Source of the DNA: Opitutia bacterium
Lineage (GTDB): Bacteria; Verrucomicrobiota; Verrucomicrobiia; Opitutales; Opitutaceae
NCBI GenBank assembly: GCA_947474365.1
Contig: CANJIU010000009.1
Location: 64,457-128,456, forward strand
Reading direction: 5' to 3'
Length of the DNA stretch: 64,000 nt
The notes under the pieces are model-generated. The model was not told the DNA's origin, searched no databases, and saw only the letters and a program-made list of their open reading frames with translations. Of the stretch, positions 45,661 to 55,549 are shown one piece after another; position 1 is the first letter of the stretch, and each line of letters starts with the position of its first letter. Position numbers and translations under genes: made by a program.

Positions 45661-46809
45661 ATGAAATTCGCCCATCTCATCTGGGGAAACCTGACCCGCA
45701 AGAAACTGCGGACGTCGCTGACCCTCCTCTCGATCATCGTAGCGTTTGTGCTCTTTGGCTTGCTGTGCGCGGTCAAGCAGGCGCTCGCCGGCGGCGTGGA
45801 GATGGCCGGAGCCGATCGGCTGATCGTCCGGCACAAGGTTTCGATCATCCAACTGCTGCCCGAGAGCTACAAGGCGCGCATGGAACGGATTCCCGGGGTC
45901 GACCTGGCGGTGCACCAGACCTGGTTCGGCGGCGTCTATCAGGATCCCAAAAACTTCTTCATGCAGAACCCGGTGGTCATCGAAGAGTTTCTCTCGATGC
46001 ATCCCGAGCTGATCCTCGCCCCCGCGCAAAAGAAGGCGTGGTTGGAAACCCGGACAGGGGCGATCATCGGCCGCAAGACCGCGGACCGGTTCAAATGGAA
46101 GATTGGCGACAAGGTTCCGATCCTCTCCCCTATTTGGGGCCGCCGCACCTGGGAGTTCGACCTCGTGGGCATTTACGACGGTCGTGACAAAGGCAGCGAC
46201 ACGACGCCGATGTTTTTCCGCTACGACTACTTCGACGAGTCGCGGGAGGAGGGCCGGGGCAAGGGCCTCGTCGGCTGGTACACGATTCGCATCAAGGACC
46301 CCGCGCGAGCGGCGGAGATCGCGAAGCTCGTCGACCGGGAATTTGAAAATTCTCCCGCCGAAACCAAGACGGAACCCGAGGGCGCGTTTGCCCAGGGCTT
46401 CGCGCAGCAGATCGGAAACATCACACTGATCGTGGCCGGGATTCTCGGCGCGGTGTTTTTCACCCTCCTGCTCGTGACGGGCAGCACGATGGCCCAGACC
46501 GTGCGTGAACGCTTCGGTGAACTCGGCGTCTTGAAGGCGATCGGCTTCACCAATGGGCAGGTGCTCGCGCTGGTGCTCGCCGAGTCGTGCCTGCTCGCGT
46601 TGCTGGGTGGCGGCATCGGACTGACGGCCGTCTGGGCGTTCACCGCCCGCGGCGATCCCACCGGCGGAATGCTCCCGTTGTTCTATTTTCGACCGTCCGA
46701 TGTGATGCTCGGCGTGGCCCTCTGCATCGCACTCGGCTTAATCACGGGTATTTTCCCCGCACTCCAGGCCATGCGTCTCCGCGTGGCTGACGCCCTCCGA
46801 AGGATGTAA
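45661..46809 (+). CDS. ABC transporter permease, FtsX/MacB-like (MacB_PCD periplasmic domain + 4 TM)
   Basis: N-terminal TM. Large periplasmic domain. C-terminal FtsX-like TM bundle. 382 aa. Confidence 0.85.
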   Translation: MKFAHLIWGNLTRKKLRTSLTLLSIIVAFVLFGLLCAVKQALAGGVEMAGADRLIVRHKVSIIQLLPESYKARMERIPGVDLAVHQTWFGGVYQDPKNFFMQNPVVIEEFLSMHPELILAPAQKKAWLETRTGAIIGRKTADRFKWKIGDKVPILSPIWGRRTWEFDLVGIYDGRDKGSDTTPMFFRYDYFDESREEGRGKGLVGWYTIRIKDPARAAEIAKLVDREFENSPAETKTEPEGAFAQGFAQQIGNITLIVAGILGAVFFTLLLVTGSTMAQTVRERFGELGVLKAIGFTNGQVLALVLAESCLLALLGGGIGLTAVWAFTARGDPTGGMLPLFYFRPSDVMLGVALCIALGLITGIFPALQAMRLRVADALRRM

Positions 46810-46810
46810 C

Positions 46811-48010
46811 ATGGCCGGCCCCCTCAATTGGTTTTCCCAAGTCGGCTCGATCACCAAATTCGGGCTCATGAGCATCCCGCAGCGCCGCGGCGCGGTGGCG
46901 GCCACCGTCATCGGCATCGCCGGCGTCGTGGCCGTATTTGTCGGCGTCCTTTCGATCGCCGCCGGATTCAAGCGCGCCATGACCGCCTCCGGCTCGCCCG
47001 ACGCCGCCATCGTCCTGCGCAGCGGCTCGGACAGCGAGATGGTCAGCGGCTTCGGCCGTACGGAGACCCGCGTAATCGCGGATGCGCCCGGCGTGGCGCG
47101 CAATGCTCAGGGTCCCCTCTCCTCGGCGGAGTTGTTCGTGATCATCAACCTGCCGAAGCGTTCGACCGGCACCGATGCCAATGTGCCGCTGCGCGGGGTC
47201 GAGGGCGCCGCGATGGAAGTCCGCGATCAACTGAAAATATCGTCCGGCCGCATGTTCTCCTGGGGCCGCAACGAGGTCATCGTCGGCGCCGGCGCCGCGC
47301 GAGAATTTGCCGGCTTGGAAATCGGTTCGCAGATCAAAGTCGGCTGGGATACGTGGCCTGTCGTGGGAATCTTTTCCGCCAACGGCGGCATCGCTGAATC
47401 GGAAATCTGGACCGACGCCAAGGTGCTGCAAGGCGCTTACAACCGCGGCGAGTCCTATCAATCGGTTTACACGCGGCTCGCCTCGGCCGGCGCGTTTCAA
47501 CAATTCAAGGATTCGCTCACGACCAATCCCCAGCTCAACGTGAAGGTCATCCGGCAGTCGGATTATTACGCCGACCAATCGCAGACTCTCACGCGACTCA
47601 TCACGACCCTCGGCTACCTGATCGCGTTTCTGATGGCGGTTGGAGCAGTGTTCGGTGCGCTCAACACGATGTACAGCGCGGTCGCGGCCCGGACCCGCGA
47701 AATCGCGACGCTGCGCGCGCTCGGGTTCGGCAGCGGCGCCGTCGTCGTGGCATTGATGATCGAGTCCCTGGTGCTGGCGCTGCTCGGCGGTGCAGTCGGC
47801 GCGGGAATATCGTTTGCCGCCTTCAATAATTTCCACGCCGCGACGATGAATTGGCAGAGTTTCAGCCAGGTGACGTTCGCCTTTGCCGTCACCCCGCACT
47901 TGCTCATCCAGGGCGTCGTGTGGGCCGCGTCGATCGGGCTGATTGGCGGACTCTTTCCGGCGATTCGCGCGGCGCGTCAGCCAATTGCTGCGGCCTTGCG
48001 GGAGCTTTGA
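46811..48010 (+). CDS. ABC transporter permease, FtsX/MacB-like (second copy)
   Basis: Same architecture as 45661..46809. The start lies 1 bp after the previous stop. Confidence 0.85.
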   Translation: MAGPLNWFSQVGSITKFGLMSIPQRRGAVAATVIGIAGVVAVFVGVLSIAAGFKRAMTASGSPDAAIVLRSGSDSEMVSGFGRTETRVIADAPGVARNAQGPLSSAELFVIINLPKRSTGTDANVPLRGVEGAAMEVRDQLKISSGRMFSWGRNEVIVGAGAAREFAGLEIGSQIKVGWDTWPVVGIFSANGGIAESEIWTDAKVLQGAYNRGESYQSVYTRLASAGAFQQFKDSLTTNPQLNVKVIRQSDYYADQSQTLTRLITTLGYLIAFLMAVGAVFGALNTMYSAVAARTREIATLRALGFGSGAVVVALMIESLVLALLGGAVGAGISFAAFNNFHAATMNWQSFSQVTFAFAVTPHLLIQGVVWAASIGLIGGLFPAIRAARQPIAAALREL

Positions 48011-48020
48011 GGCCGTCGGC

Positions 48021-49346
48021 TCACTGCATCGGCAACTTCAGTGTCAGGCGTTCGCTCCCGCGAACGACGGTGACATCGACGGTCTCGCCGGCTTTCCGCG
48101 TTTGCAGCAGTCGGCCGATCAATTCGCCTTCGGAGGCGCGTCCCTTGAATTCGCCGAACGCCACAATAACGTCGTCCTTGAGAAACCCGACCTTTTTCGC
48201 GGTGCCATGCTTGTTGAACTGGCCGACACCCTTGACCTGCAGCGCCATCACACCTGCCGGCAGTCCGCGCTCCTGGCGCGCGGCGTCGTCCAGATCGGTC
48301 AATGAGAGCCCGCCAAAGGCCATCGCCCGCATCGACCACGTCCCCACCCGCCTCGAGATGTCGGAATGGTAACGCCAATCGCTCGAGAGTGTGAGCGAGA
48401 GAGTGACGTTCTTTCCTCCGCGCCGGACCACCGCGGGAAGTGACCCGGCTTCAGGCGCGCGGTGTAGCACCCAGGAAAAATCCGCAATCGAGATCAGCGG
48501 CTGACCGTTGAACGAGACGAAATCGTCTCCGGCTTGAAACCCGGCCGCCGCGGCAATTGACCGGGATGCCACCTCGCTGACCCGCGCCACCTGATCGGGA
48601 GCGAGCGAGAGCCCGATCGTCTCCGCCGCCGGCAGCGGATAGATCCGTTCGAGCGGCACAGGGTCGCCGCGATCGCGAAAGTAGGCGCGAAACGCCTCGC
48701 CTACCTGATGGCAATGCACGCAGCTCTGCACCACGTTGCCGCTCCAATTGAGGTCGCGACCGTACTTCTTTGCCAACTCGGGAATCTCAACCGGAGTCTT
48801 GAAGGGCGTCTGTCCGCCTTGTTTTCCAGCGAGGGCCGCGCGATTGGCCGGATAGTCGCGGTGCAAGGCCAGCGCGGCCTCAAGCGCCCGCCGGTAGCCA
48901 ATCGTCTCCTTCGCATCCGGGTCCGCCTGGTGAACCCACGAACCATAACGACCGTAGAGCGTGCCGTCGGCGTTGAAGATCAGCGTCGAAAACGACAAAT
49001 CGTAATCGAACTGAAAGCGGGCCAGGTCGATCGTGTTCGCGTTGATCAGACGCACGCACACGAACCGATCGAGCAGCGGCGCGAGCGCCGGTTCCTTCAA
49101 CACCTCGGCGTCAAGTCCGACGCACGCCAGACACGGCACGCAACGCAATACCACGAGCAGCGGTTTGCCGGTTTTCTTCGCCTCGGCGAAGCCGCGCTCC
49201 ACATCGTTGTAGAGCCATCGCGCGTCGTTCTCCATCGCCGCCTTGTCGCCGCGAACCGCGCCTTCGCGATCCTTCACTGCCGCGGCCTGGGCGACCGTGC
49301 ACCACGCAATGACGCTCAACGCCGCGATGACTCGGGTGGGTTTCAT
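48021..49346 (-). CDS. Secreted thioredoxin-like-fold protein with two C-terminal PDZ domains. Contains CVPCLAC and a CxxCH motif.
   Basis: Signal peptide MKPTRVIAALSVIAWCTVAQAAA. Trx-like region with CVPCLAC. QSCVHCHQVG (CxxCH). Two PDZ-like segments. Confidence 0.6.
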   Translation of the reverse strand: MKPTRVIAALSVIAWCTVAQAAAVKDREGAVRGDKAAMENDARWLYNDVERGFAEAKKTGKPLLVVLRCVPCLACVGLDAEVLKEPALAPLLDRFVCVRLINANTIDLARFQFDYDLSFSTLIFNADGTLYGRYGSWVHQADPDAKETIGYRRALEAALALHRDYPANRAALAGKQGGQTPFKTPVEIPELAKKYGRDLNWSGNVVQSCVHCHQVGEAFRAYFRDRGDPVPLERIYPLPAAETIGLSLAPDQVARVSEVASRSIAAAAGFQAGDDFVSFNGQPLISIADFSWVLHRAPEAGSLPAVVRRGGKNVTLSLTLSSDWRYHSDISRRVGTWSMRAMAFGGLSLTDLDDAARQERGLPAGVMALQVKGVGQFNKHGTAKKVGFLKDDVIVAFGEFKGRASEGELIGRLLQTRKAGETVDVTVVRGSERLTLKLPMQ

Positions 49347-49443
49347 GGCCCAAAATCAGGCTGATTCGCGGCCACCGCGCAACCACCCTCCGCGGCCGTG
49401 CTCGCACCAACGAAGCTGTGGCGCACCCGTCGCCCTGTTGATA

Positions 49444-50946
49444 TCACTCGTGACGACCGACGACCGCCTTCAAGCCGGTGACGGCGGGACCGACGTTCGG
49501 CGTCGCTGAAAGCGTCACCTTTTCGCCCTCGAACTTGAGCTGATAACGCATCGAAAACGGCGTGAGGTATCGCACCATGTCGATCGAAAACGTATCGGAC
49601 GCCGTCCAGGCGCCACTCGCCGCGATCGGTCCAGCCGACGGACCTCCCTCCAGGTCATCGCGATGCCACGTACCAGGGATCAGAGAGATGCGCTGCTCCG
49701 AGCCACCGATGGACACGGTCAGTTCCGTTGCCATCGAACCGACCGTCGAAGTCCGCAGTGAAAACGACTCGATGGCGTGCGTGTTCGCCGCCAGCACATA
49801 GCGCTTGCCTGAAACCGCGGCGGCCGCCGCGGCCGTTTCCACGGCAACCGGCGTCCGAAGCGAAAGCTCCTCCAACTTTCCCTTCAGTTTGGCGTGGGCC
49901 GCGGCATCCGCCGGCAACGCCGCCGATTGCAACACCGGCAGCAGCTTGTCCCACACGACGTTGAGCACACCCTGGAGATCGCGCGTGCCCGCCGTGATCG
50001 CGACGACCGTATCGTGCTGCGGAAAGATGATGCAAAACTGACCGTGCGCGCCATCGCCGCGGATCACGCCGTGGCGGCAACGCCAGAATTGAAAGCCGTA
50101 GCCCTGCTCCCAGTCACTCGTCGGCGTGCTGCCGTTGGACATCCAACGTGAAGTCGCACTGTCGACCCAGCCGGCCGGCACCAATTGTTTCCCCCGCCAC
50201 TGACCGCGCTGCAGATAGAGCTGGCCGAAGCGAGCAATGTCCTCGGTGCGAATGCTGAGTCCGAATCCGCCAAACGAGACGCCCTGCTTGCTCGCGTCCC
50301 AGGTCGGATTTTCGATCCCCAAGGGCTCAAATAAGCGCGGCCGCAGGTAATCCAAAATGGTCTGTCCGGTGACTTTTTGGACGATGGCCGAGAGCATGTA
50401 GGTCGCCGGCGTGTTGTAGACGAAGAACGTGCCCGGCTTGTGGGTGACCGGTAGCGCGAGAAATTTCTTCACGAGGCTCTCCTTCGACGCCCAGTCAATC
50501 TTCTGGATATCCTCCTGGTGCTGTCCCGTCGCCATCGTGAGGAGATCGCGCACGCGCATCGCCCGCAGATTGGTACTCAGCTTTTCCGGCGCTTCGTCCG
50601 GGAAGAACTTCAGCACCGGATCCTCGATGCTCAATTTTCCGGACTCAACCGCCAGCCCGACCGCCGTCGACGTGAAACTCTTGCTGAGGGAATACAATTC
50701 ATGCCGGTCTCCAGCCGAATAGGGCGCCCACCAACCTTCGGCGATGACCTGGCCGTGGCGGACCACCATAACACTGTGCAGCGCGTCGATTTTCTCCTCG
50801 GCGGCGGCCACAAAGCCGAGCAGGGCTCCGGACGAGACGCCCTGTGCTTCCGGCGTGCTGCGGGGCAACTTGAGTGACGTCGCGTTGGCGGCAAACGCGA
50901 CCGAACCCGCGCAAAAAAGGGAAAGGACGACAGGAAGTATTCTCAT
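49444..50946 (-). CDS. Serine hydrolase, beta-lactamase fold, secreted
   Basis: Signal peptide MRILPVVLSLFCAGSVAFA. S-x-x-K motif YSLSKSFTSTAVG. 500 aa with a C-terminal beta-sandwich-like extension. Confidence 0.8.
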   Translation of the reverse strand: MRILPVVLSLFCAGSVAFAANATSLKLPRSTPEAQGVSSGALLGFVAAAEEKIDALHSVMVVRHGQVIAEGWWAPYSAGDRHELYSLSKSFTSTAVGLAVESGKLSIEDPVLKFFPDEAPEKLSTNLRAMRVRDLLTMATGQHQEDIQKIDWASKESLVKKFLALPVTHKPGTFFVYNTPATYMLSAIVQKVTGQTILDYLRPRLFEPLGIENPTWDASKQGVSFGGFGLSIRTEDIARFGQLYLQRGQWRGKQLVPAGWVDSATSRWMSNGSTPTSDWEQGYGFQFWRCRHGVIRGDGAHGQFCIIFPQHDTVVAITAGTRDLQGVLNVVWDKLLPVLQSAALPADAAAHAKLKGKLEELSLRTPVAVETAAAAAAVSGKRYVLAANTHAIESFSLRTSTVGSMATELTVSIGGSEQRISLIPGTWHRDDLEGGPSAGPIAASGAWTASDTFSIDMVRYLTPFSMRYQLKFEGEKVTLSATPNVGPAVTGLKAVVGRHE

Positions 50947-51038
50947 GGGAGGGAGGCGGAGAGCGCCAAAAGGTCGGGACGATCTCCCCGGCAGGCAAGC
51001 GTGCGATGATCCGGCTCGCTCCGACTCGACGCCCTCTC

Positions 51039-51911
51039 CTACGGCGACAGCCGTTTTTTCGCGTCTTCGGGAACGTCGAACTTCGTCGTTCCAAGGTTCG
51101 TGACCGTGGTAGTGGCCGTCTGATGCACGATCACCTCGCGTTGTCCGGAAGAGGTTTCGATCGAAAGCTTACCCTCGAGTTTCGTCTCGTATTTCACAAG
51201 CACGCCCCCGCGCACCCAAAACCGAAACGAGCCGCTCGCGCTCAACGGGTTGATTTCATTTTGCCCGGCATGGACGAGCAGCAGCATGGCGGCAGTTTCC
51301 GTGAGCGGGCCGGAGACCACTTCGCCCTCCACCTTCATCTCCGTGTACCCGGCGATGATGATGCCGATTTCCTCATGCGGACGGCTGAGGGTTTTTTGCA
51401 GGTTGCTGTAGGCTGGCCGATTCGCGGGGTCATCATCCCGACCCGACGTACGGGAGCGACGACGCCCGCCCGGGCCGCCGGGTCCACCGTAGCCTCCCGG
51501 CCCTCCATACCCACCGGGACCACCATAGCCGCCCGGTCCGCGCCCCCGCCCCGTCCCATCGGCTGACGGAAGCTCGGACGGACTGCGCCAGCCATCGTCC
51601 GTCTGCACCACGAATTTTTCCGCGCCCTTGAAAACGGTGGTCGTAATGTTGTCGCTTGCCCCGCCACCACGCCCGGTGCTTCGCCGCACTGTGTTCACCA
51701 TCGGCATCGTAACCAGCGAATAGTCCGTCGCGCGCTCCGTCTGCCCGGTGACATCGTAGGTGCGCGCGTCGTCGACAATTGTCGTCTGCCACGAATAATT
51801 GGCCGCTTCGGGCAGCTTCATCGCGGCAACCACGGCAAGATCGGCCGGACCGGCAGCGAGGCGTGCAGCCGCCAGGGCAATCAGGGAAAGAATGGTCAGT
51901 GGAGATCTCAC
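51039..51911 (-). CDS. Hypothetical secreted protein with central (GYGGP)n low-complexity repeat
   Basis: Signal peptide MRSPLTILSLIALAAARLAAG. GRGRGPGGYGGPGGYGGPGGYGGPGGPGGRRRSRTSG, flanked by two globular halves. Confidence 0.5.
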   Translation of the reverse strand: MRSPLTILSLIALAAARLAAGPADLAVVAAMKLPEAANYSWQTTIVDDARTYDVTGQTERATDYSLVTMPMVNTVRRSTGRGGGASDNITTTVFKGAEKFVVQTDDGWRSPSELPSADGTGRGRGPGGYGGPGGYGGPGGYGGPGGPGGRRRSRTSGRDDDPANRPAYSNLQKTLSRPHEEIGIIIAGYTEMKVEGEVVSGPLTETAAMLLLVHAGQNEINPLSASGSFRFWVRGGVLVKYETKLEGKLSIETSSGQREVIVHQTATTTVTNLGTTKFDVPEDAKKRLSP

Positions 51912-52017
51912 GTGGGACTAACGCGCAGATAGACGGGCGCGACGCAAAGATGTTTCGGCGAACTCGCAGCGCGCGAGCGCCATTCCGCCGTGACGTCGCC
52001 CACTGGCAGGGCCAGGG

Positions 52018-53148
52018 TTGGCGCCGATGTTCTCCAGTTCCCCCAAGTATTCGACGCTCAGCCAGCAGGTGGCGAAGGAATTGGAACAGGCGATCCGCCA
52101 CGGGTTGCTCCGAGAGAGCCTGCCGGGCGAACGCCAGTTGGCCGAAACGATGCAGGTGAGCCGGAGGACCATCCGCGCGGCGACCGAGATCCTGCGGGAA
52201 CGGAAACTCGTGCAGACGGCGCATGGAAGACCAACGCGAGTCGTCGGCGTGCCCCCAGACAGGGACGAACCAGGCCCGATGCGCGTCATCGGCATGCTCC
52301 TGCCAAAACCTCTGGAAGAACTGAAGCCGTACACCACGGTCATCGATCATCTGCGCAGTAGTTTCTACCAAAACGGATACCGGCTGGACCTCCACTTTGG
52401 CCAAAGCTTTCTCTCGCGCCAGCCCGCCGCCGCCCTCCGGCGGCTCATCACGCGATTCCCCTGCGACGCATGGATCCTCACGTCGGCCAGCCGCGCCTGC
52501 CAATCCTGGTTCCACGCGGAGGGCATCATCACAGTGGTGGCTGGCACCGCCCACGACGGGATTCCCCTGCCAGCGGTGGACGTCGACATGTTCGCCACCT
52601 CCCGCCACGCGGCCACGGTCCTCCTGCGAAAAGGGCATCGCCGGATCGCGCTGGTATTGGAGCAATCAGACTGGGCGGGGCATCGCAAAACCGAGGAGGG
52701 CTTTTTCGCCGGCATCCGGCATTTTGGCGAAAACGCCACGGGCCAGCTGCTCCGCCATGGCGGCGACGTCACCGGATTGGAACAAGTGATCGCCCGCGCC
52801 CTGCAGGGACCGGCCGCTCCCACCGCGCTGTTTATTGTCAATCCCTACCACTACCTCGCCGTCGCTTCGATCCTGGCCGAACGCGGCTTGAAAGTACCGC
52901 AGGACATGTCGCTGCTCTGCCGCGACGACGACGTGTGCCTGAACTACCTGCCCGTCCGGCCAAACCGCTACGCCGGCAGCGCGGCGGACAACGCGCGGCA
53001 GATCTTTTCGATCCTGAGCCGCGCCCTGCGCCGCGGCCACACGGAAGAGTCGGCAAAGCCAATCCTGACTTTGCCGAAATTCCTCGAAGGAAAGTCCATC
53101 GCCGCCCCGCGCCCGCCCGGGCCGATGTCGCCAGGAGTCACGGGATGA
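52018..53148 (+). CDS. GntR-HTH transcriptional regulator with LacI/PBP1-type sugar-binding effector domain
   Basis: N-terminal GntR winged HTH (SQQVAKELEQAIRHGLLRESLPGERQLAETMQVSRRTIRAATEIL). C-terminal periplasmic-binding-protein-like fold. Confidence 0.8.
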   Translation: MAPMFSSSPKYSTLSQQVAKELEQAIRHGLLRESLPGERQLAETMQVSRRTIRAATEILRERKLVQTAHGRPTRVVGVPPDRDEPGPMRVIGMLLPKPLEELKPYTTVIDHLRSSFYQNGYRLDLHFGQSFLSRQPAAALRRLITRFPCDAWILTSASRACQSWFHAEGIITVVAGTAHDGIPLPAVDVDMFATSRHAATVLLRKGHRRIALVLEQSDWAGHRKTEEGFFAGIRHFGENATGQLLRHGGDVTGLEQVIARALQGPAAPTALFIVNPYHYLAVASILAERGLKVPQDMSLLCRDDDVCLNYLPVRPNRYAGSAADNARQIFSILSRALRRGHTEESAKPILTLPKFLEGKSIAAPRPPGPMSPGVTG

Positions 53149-53355
53149 GGGTTGTGCCCTTGATCGCCAGGACCGCGCAGGGCATTCACGTCGTGGTTCC
53201 ATTTACACGCTCGCCTGAATTCCTCCGCGGCAGGCGTTCCACCCAGGGCGCCCGGCAGAGGTATCAAAACGGTTCCAGGAGAATTCGCTTCCGCTGGAAA
53301 AACGGGGAAACGAAACTGCGTGACTCCCGGGAGGAATGAGAGCCGTAAAATCCGC

Positions 53356-54174
53356 ATGCCTCCTCAAATCCACCAGAAACTCCGTTTCATGAAGCTCCGC
53401 CCCAGCCGCATCCACCATCGCCTCCGCCAGGGGCACCATCCGGCCGTGCTCAAGCTCAACCTCGCCGACCCACGGGTGGTCGAATTGGCCTGCCTCGCGG
53501 GAACCGATGCACTCTGGTTTTGCATGGAACACGTGCCAGTCGACTGGCTGGCGCTGGAGGGACTGATCCGGGCCGCTCGCATCTACGACGTGGATACGTT
53601 GGTCCGGGTTGCCCGCGGCAGCTACAGCGATTACCTGCGTCCACTTGAGGCGGGTGCCACCGGCATCATCGTCCCCCATGTCGGCACACCGGAGGAGGCC
53701 CGGCAGATTGTGGAATGGGTGCGGTGTCATCCGCTCGGAAAGCGTCCGATGGACGGAGGCAACGTGGACGGTCAGTTCTGCCAGGTACCGCTGACGGACT
53801 ATATCCGCCATGCCAACAGCGAGCGGCTGATCGTCCTGCAGATCGAGTCACCCGAGGCACTGGACCGGGTGGAGGCGATCGCCGCCGTCCCCGGGTTCGA
53901 CATGCTGCTCTTCGGCCCAGGTGACTTCAGCTGCCGAATCGGCAAACCCGGCGAGCTTGATGCCCCGGAAGTTGTCGCGGCGCGGAAACGCGTTGCGTCC
54001 GCGGCGCGCCAGCACGGCAAGCATGCGATGACGGCCGGGCTCATTGCGCCGTTTGCCGACCTGCTCGCCGAAGGACACCGGGTGTTCAACATCGGCGCCG
54101 ATGTGATCGGACTCGGGGGATATTTTCACCAGCGCGTCGCCGCCTTCGGCCAGATGGTGGCAACAGGCTCCTGA
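53356..54174 (+). CDS. HpcH/HpaI-family aldolase (2-keto-3-deoxy sugar acid aldolase, KDR/KDGluc aldolase-like)
   Basis: Motifs LKLNLADPRVVELACLAGTDALWFCMEH and IVPHVGTPEEARQIVEWVRCHPLGKR. The start codon is uncertain (53320, 53356 or 53389). Confidence 0.75.
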   Translation: MPPQIHQKLRFMKLRPSRIHHRLRQGHHPAVLKLNLADPRVVELACLAGTDALWFCMEHVPVDWLALEGLIRAARIYDVDTLVRVARGSYSDYLRPLEAGATGIIVPHVGTPEEARQIVEWVRCHPLGKRPMDGGNVDGQFCQVPLTDYIRHANSERLIVLQIESPEALDRVEAIAAVPGFDMLLFGPGDFSCRIGKPGELDAPEVVAARKRVASAARQHGKHAMTAGLIAPFADLLAEGHRVFNIGADVIGLGGYFHQRVAAFGQMVATGS

Positions 54175-54509
54175 AGGAAACTTCCGCGGCTCTGGATTGC
54201 TCACTTGCCGCCGGCAACGCCGATTCCCGCGTCGCTCGTTTTTGCGTCAGGTTCCGCCCAACCCCAAGCTCACCCGGGCCCAGTGCCGCCGGTGGCCGCC
54301 ATTGCCGTCCCAATCGTTTTCCAAGGGCGTCGTGTGCTCCGCGCTTTCGACCAGGCTCACGGCGCGCCTCCGGCCGCGGGAGTGCTTGCGAAGGCTGATC
54401 GGATCCTGCCGCAGCTTGTTAGCCAGTTTGACCAGGCGCCCAATCCCGCTCAACTCCAAGGTCTGATCTGGAGCGAACCTCCGCCGCCAGGCCGTCACTT
54501 TTTTCGGAC

Positions 54510-55520
54510 ATGAAATTTTCACTCAGTCACATCGCGTATCTTGGCCTCGGCGGATTGTTCGCCGCCGCCTTGCTACCGATATCCGCCTTCGCTGCACCCA
54601 CCTCCGCCTGGCAACGCTTGGCCCCTTTGCCGGTCGGCAACGGCGGGTTTGTCAGCGCAGCGCTTGGTGGAAAAATCTTCATCGCCGGCGGCACGAACTG
54701 GAACGACGACACAAAATCGTGGCTCGACCAAATCTGGGCCTACGACCCGGCGCGCGACAGCTGGCAGGAAACCGGCCATCTGCCGGCCGCCCTGGCCTAC
54801 GCCGTAACGGGAACAGAAGGGGGAGCTTTGTGGTTCGCCGGAGGCAGCAGCGGAACGGCCACCCATTCGGTCTTGTGGAAAATGGAAGCGGGCGGCGCGG
54901 TCCGGCGCGTCGCAGCACTCGATATCGGATTCGTCTATGCGTCTGGGGCGGTCATCGGAACAAATCTATACTCAGTCGGCGGAAGCGACGATCAGGCCAA
55001 ACTTCAGCGCGTCACCAACGCCTTTCACGCCATCAACCTCACGACTGGTGTCATCACCCGGCTCGCGAACTATCCCGAGGCCGGACTCGCCACCGGCACC
55101 GCGGCCACCATCGGGGACCGGCTCTACGTTTTCGGCGGTGCGCGATGGGACCAGGCGAAGTCGACCGTGGTGAACCATTCCGCCGCGCATGTCTACTCAA
55201 CCGCCACGAAGACCTGGACCGCCCTGCCGCCACTTCCCCATCCGGGCCGTGGGATAACCGCGGTCAAACTCGACGCGCGGCACATTCTGATCGCTGGTGG
55301 CTATCGCAACGACGAGGTCGAATTCGTACGCGACGCCTGCGTTTACGACATCCAAACCGGAATCTACACTGCGACGTCGCCCCTGCCCTACGCCGCGATG
55401 GTCGCTTTGGTGCAAAGCGGTGACTGGCTCTACTGTCTCGGCGGCGAAGATCGCAAGAAGCACCGCACTGACGCGGCCTATCGCATCCGGTGGCGGGAAT
55501 TGCTCGGGCCGCAATCCTGA
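54510..55520 (+). CDS. Secreted Kelch-repeat beta-propeller protein, N-acetylneuraminate mutarotase (NanM/YjhT)-like
   Basis: Signal peptide MKFSLSHIAYLGLGGLFAAALLPISAFA. Repeated Kelch-like blades (GGKIFIAGG, GALWFAGG, NLYSVGG, RLYVFGG, ILIAGG, WLYCLGG). About 336 aa. Confidence 0.7.
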   Translation: MKFSLSHIAYLGLGGLFAAALLPISAFAAPTSAWQRLAPLPVGNGGFVSAALGGKIFIAGGTNWNDDTKSWLDQIWAYDPARDSWQETGHLPAALAYAVTGTEGGALWFAGGSSGTATHSVLWKMEAGGAVRRVAALDIGFVYASGAVIGTNLYSVGGSDDQAKLQRVTNAFHAINLTTGVITRLANYPEAGLATGTAATIGDRLYVFGGARWDQAKSTVVNHSAAHVYSTATKTWTALPPLPHPGRGITAVKLDARHILIAGGYRNDEVEFVRDACVYDIQTGIYTATSPLPYAAMVALVQSGDWLYCLGGEDRKKHRTDAAYRIRWRELLGPQS

Positions 55521-55549
55521 ACCGGCGTAACGGCAGACGGGCGGGAGTC

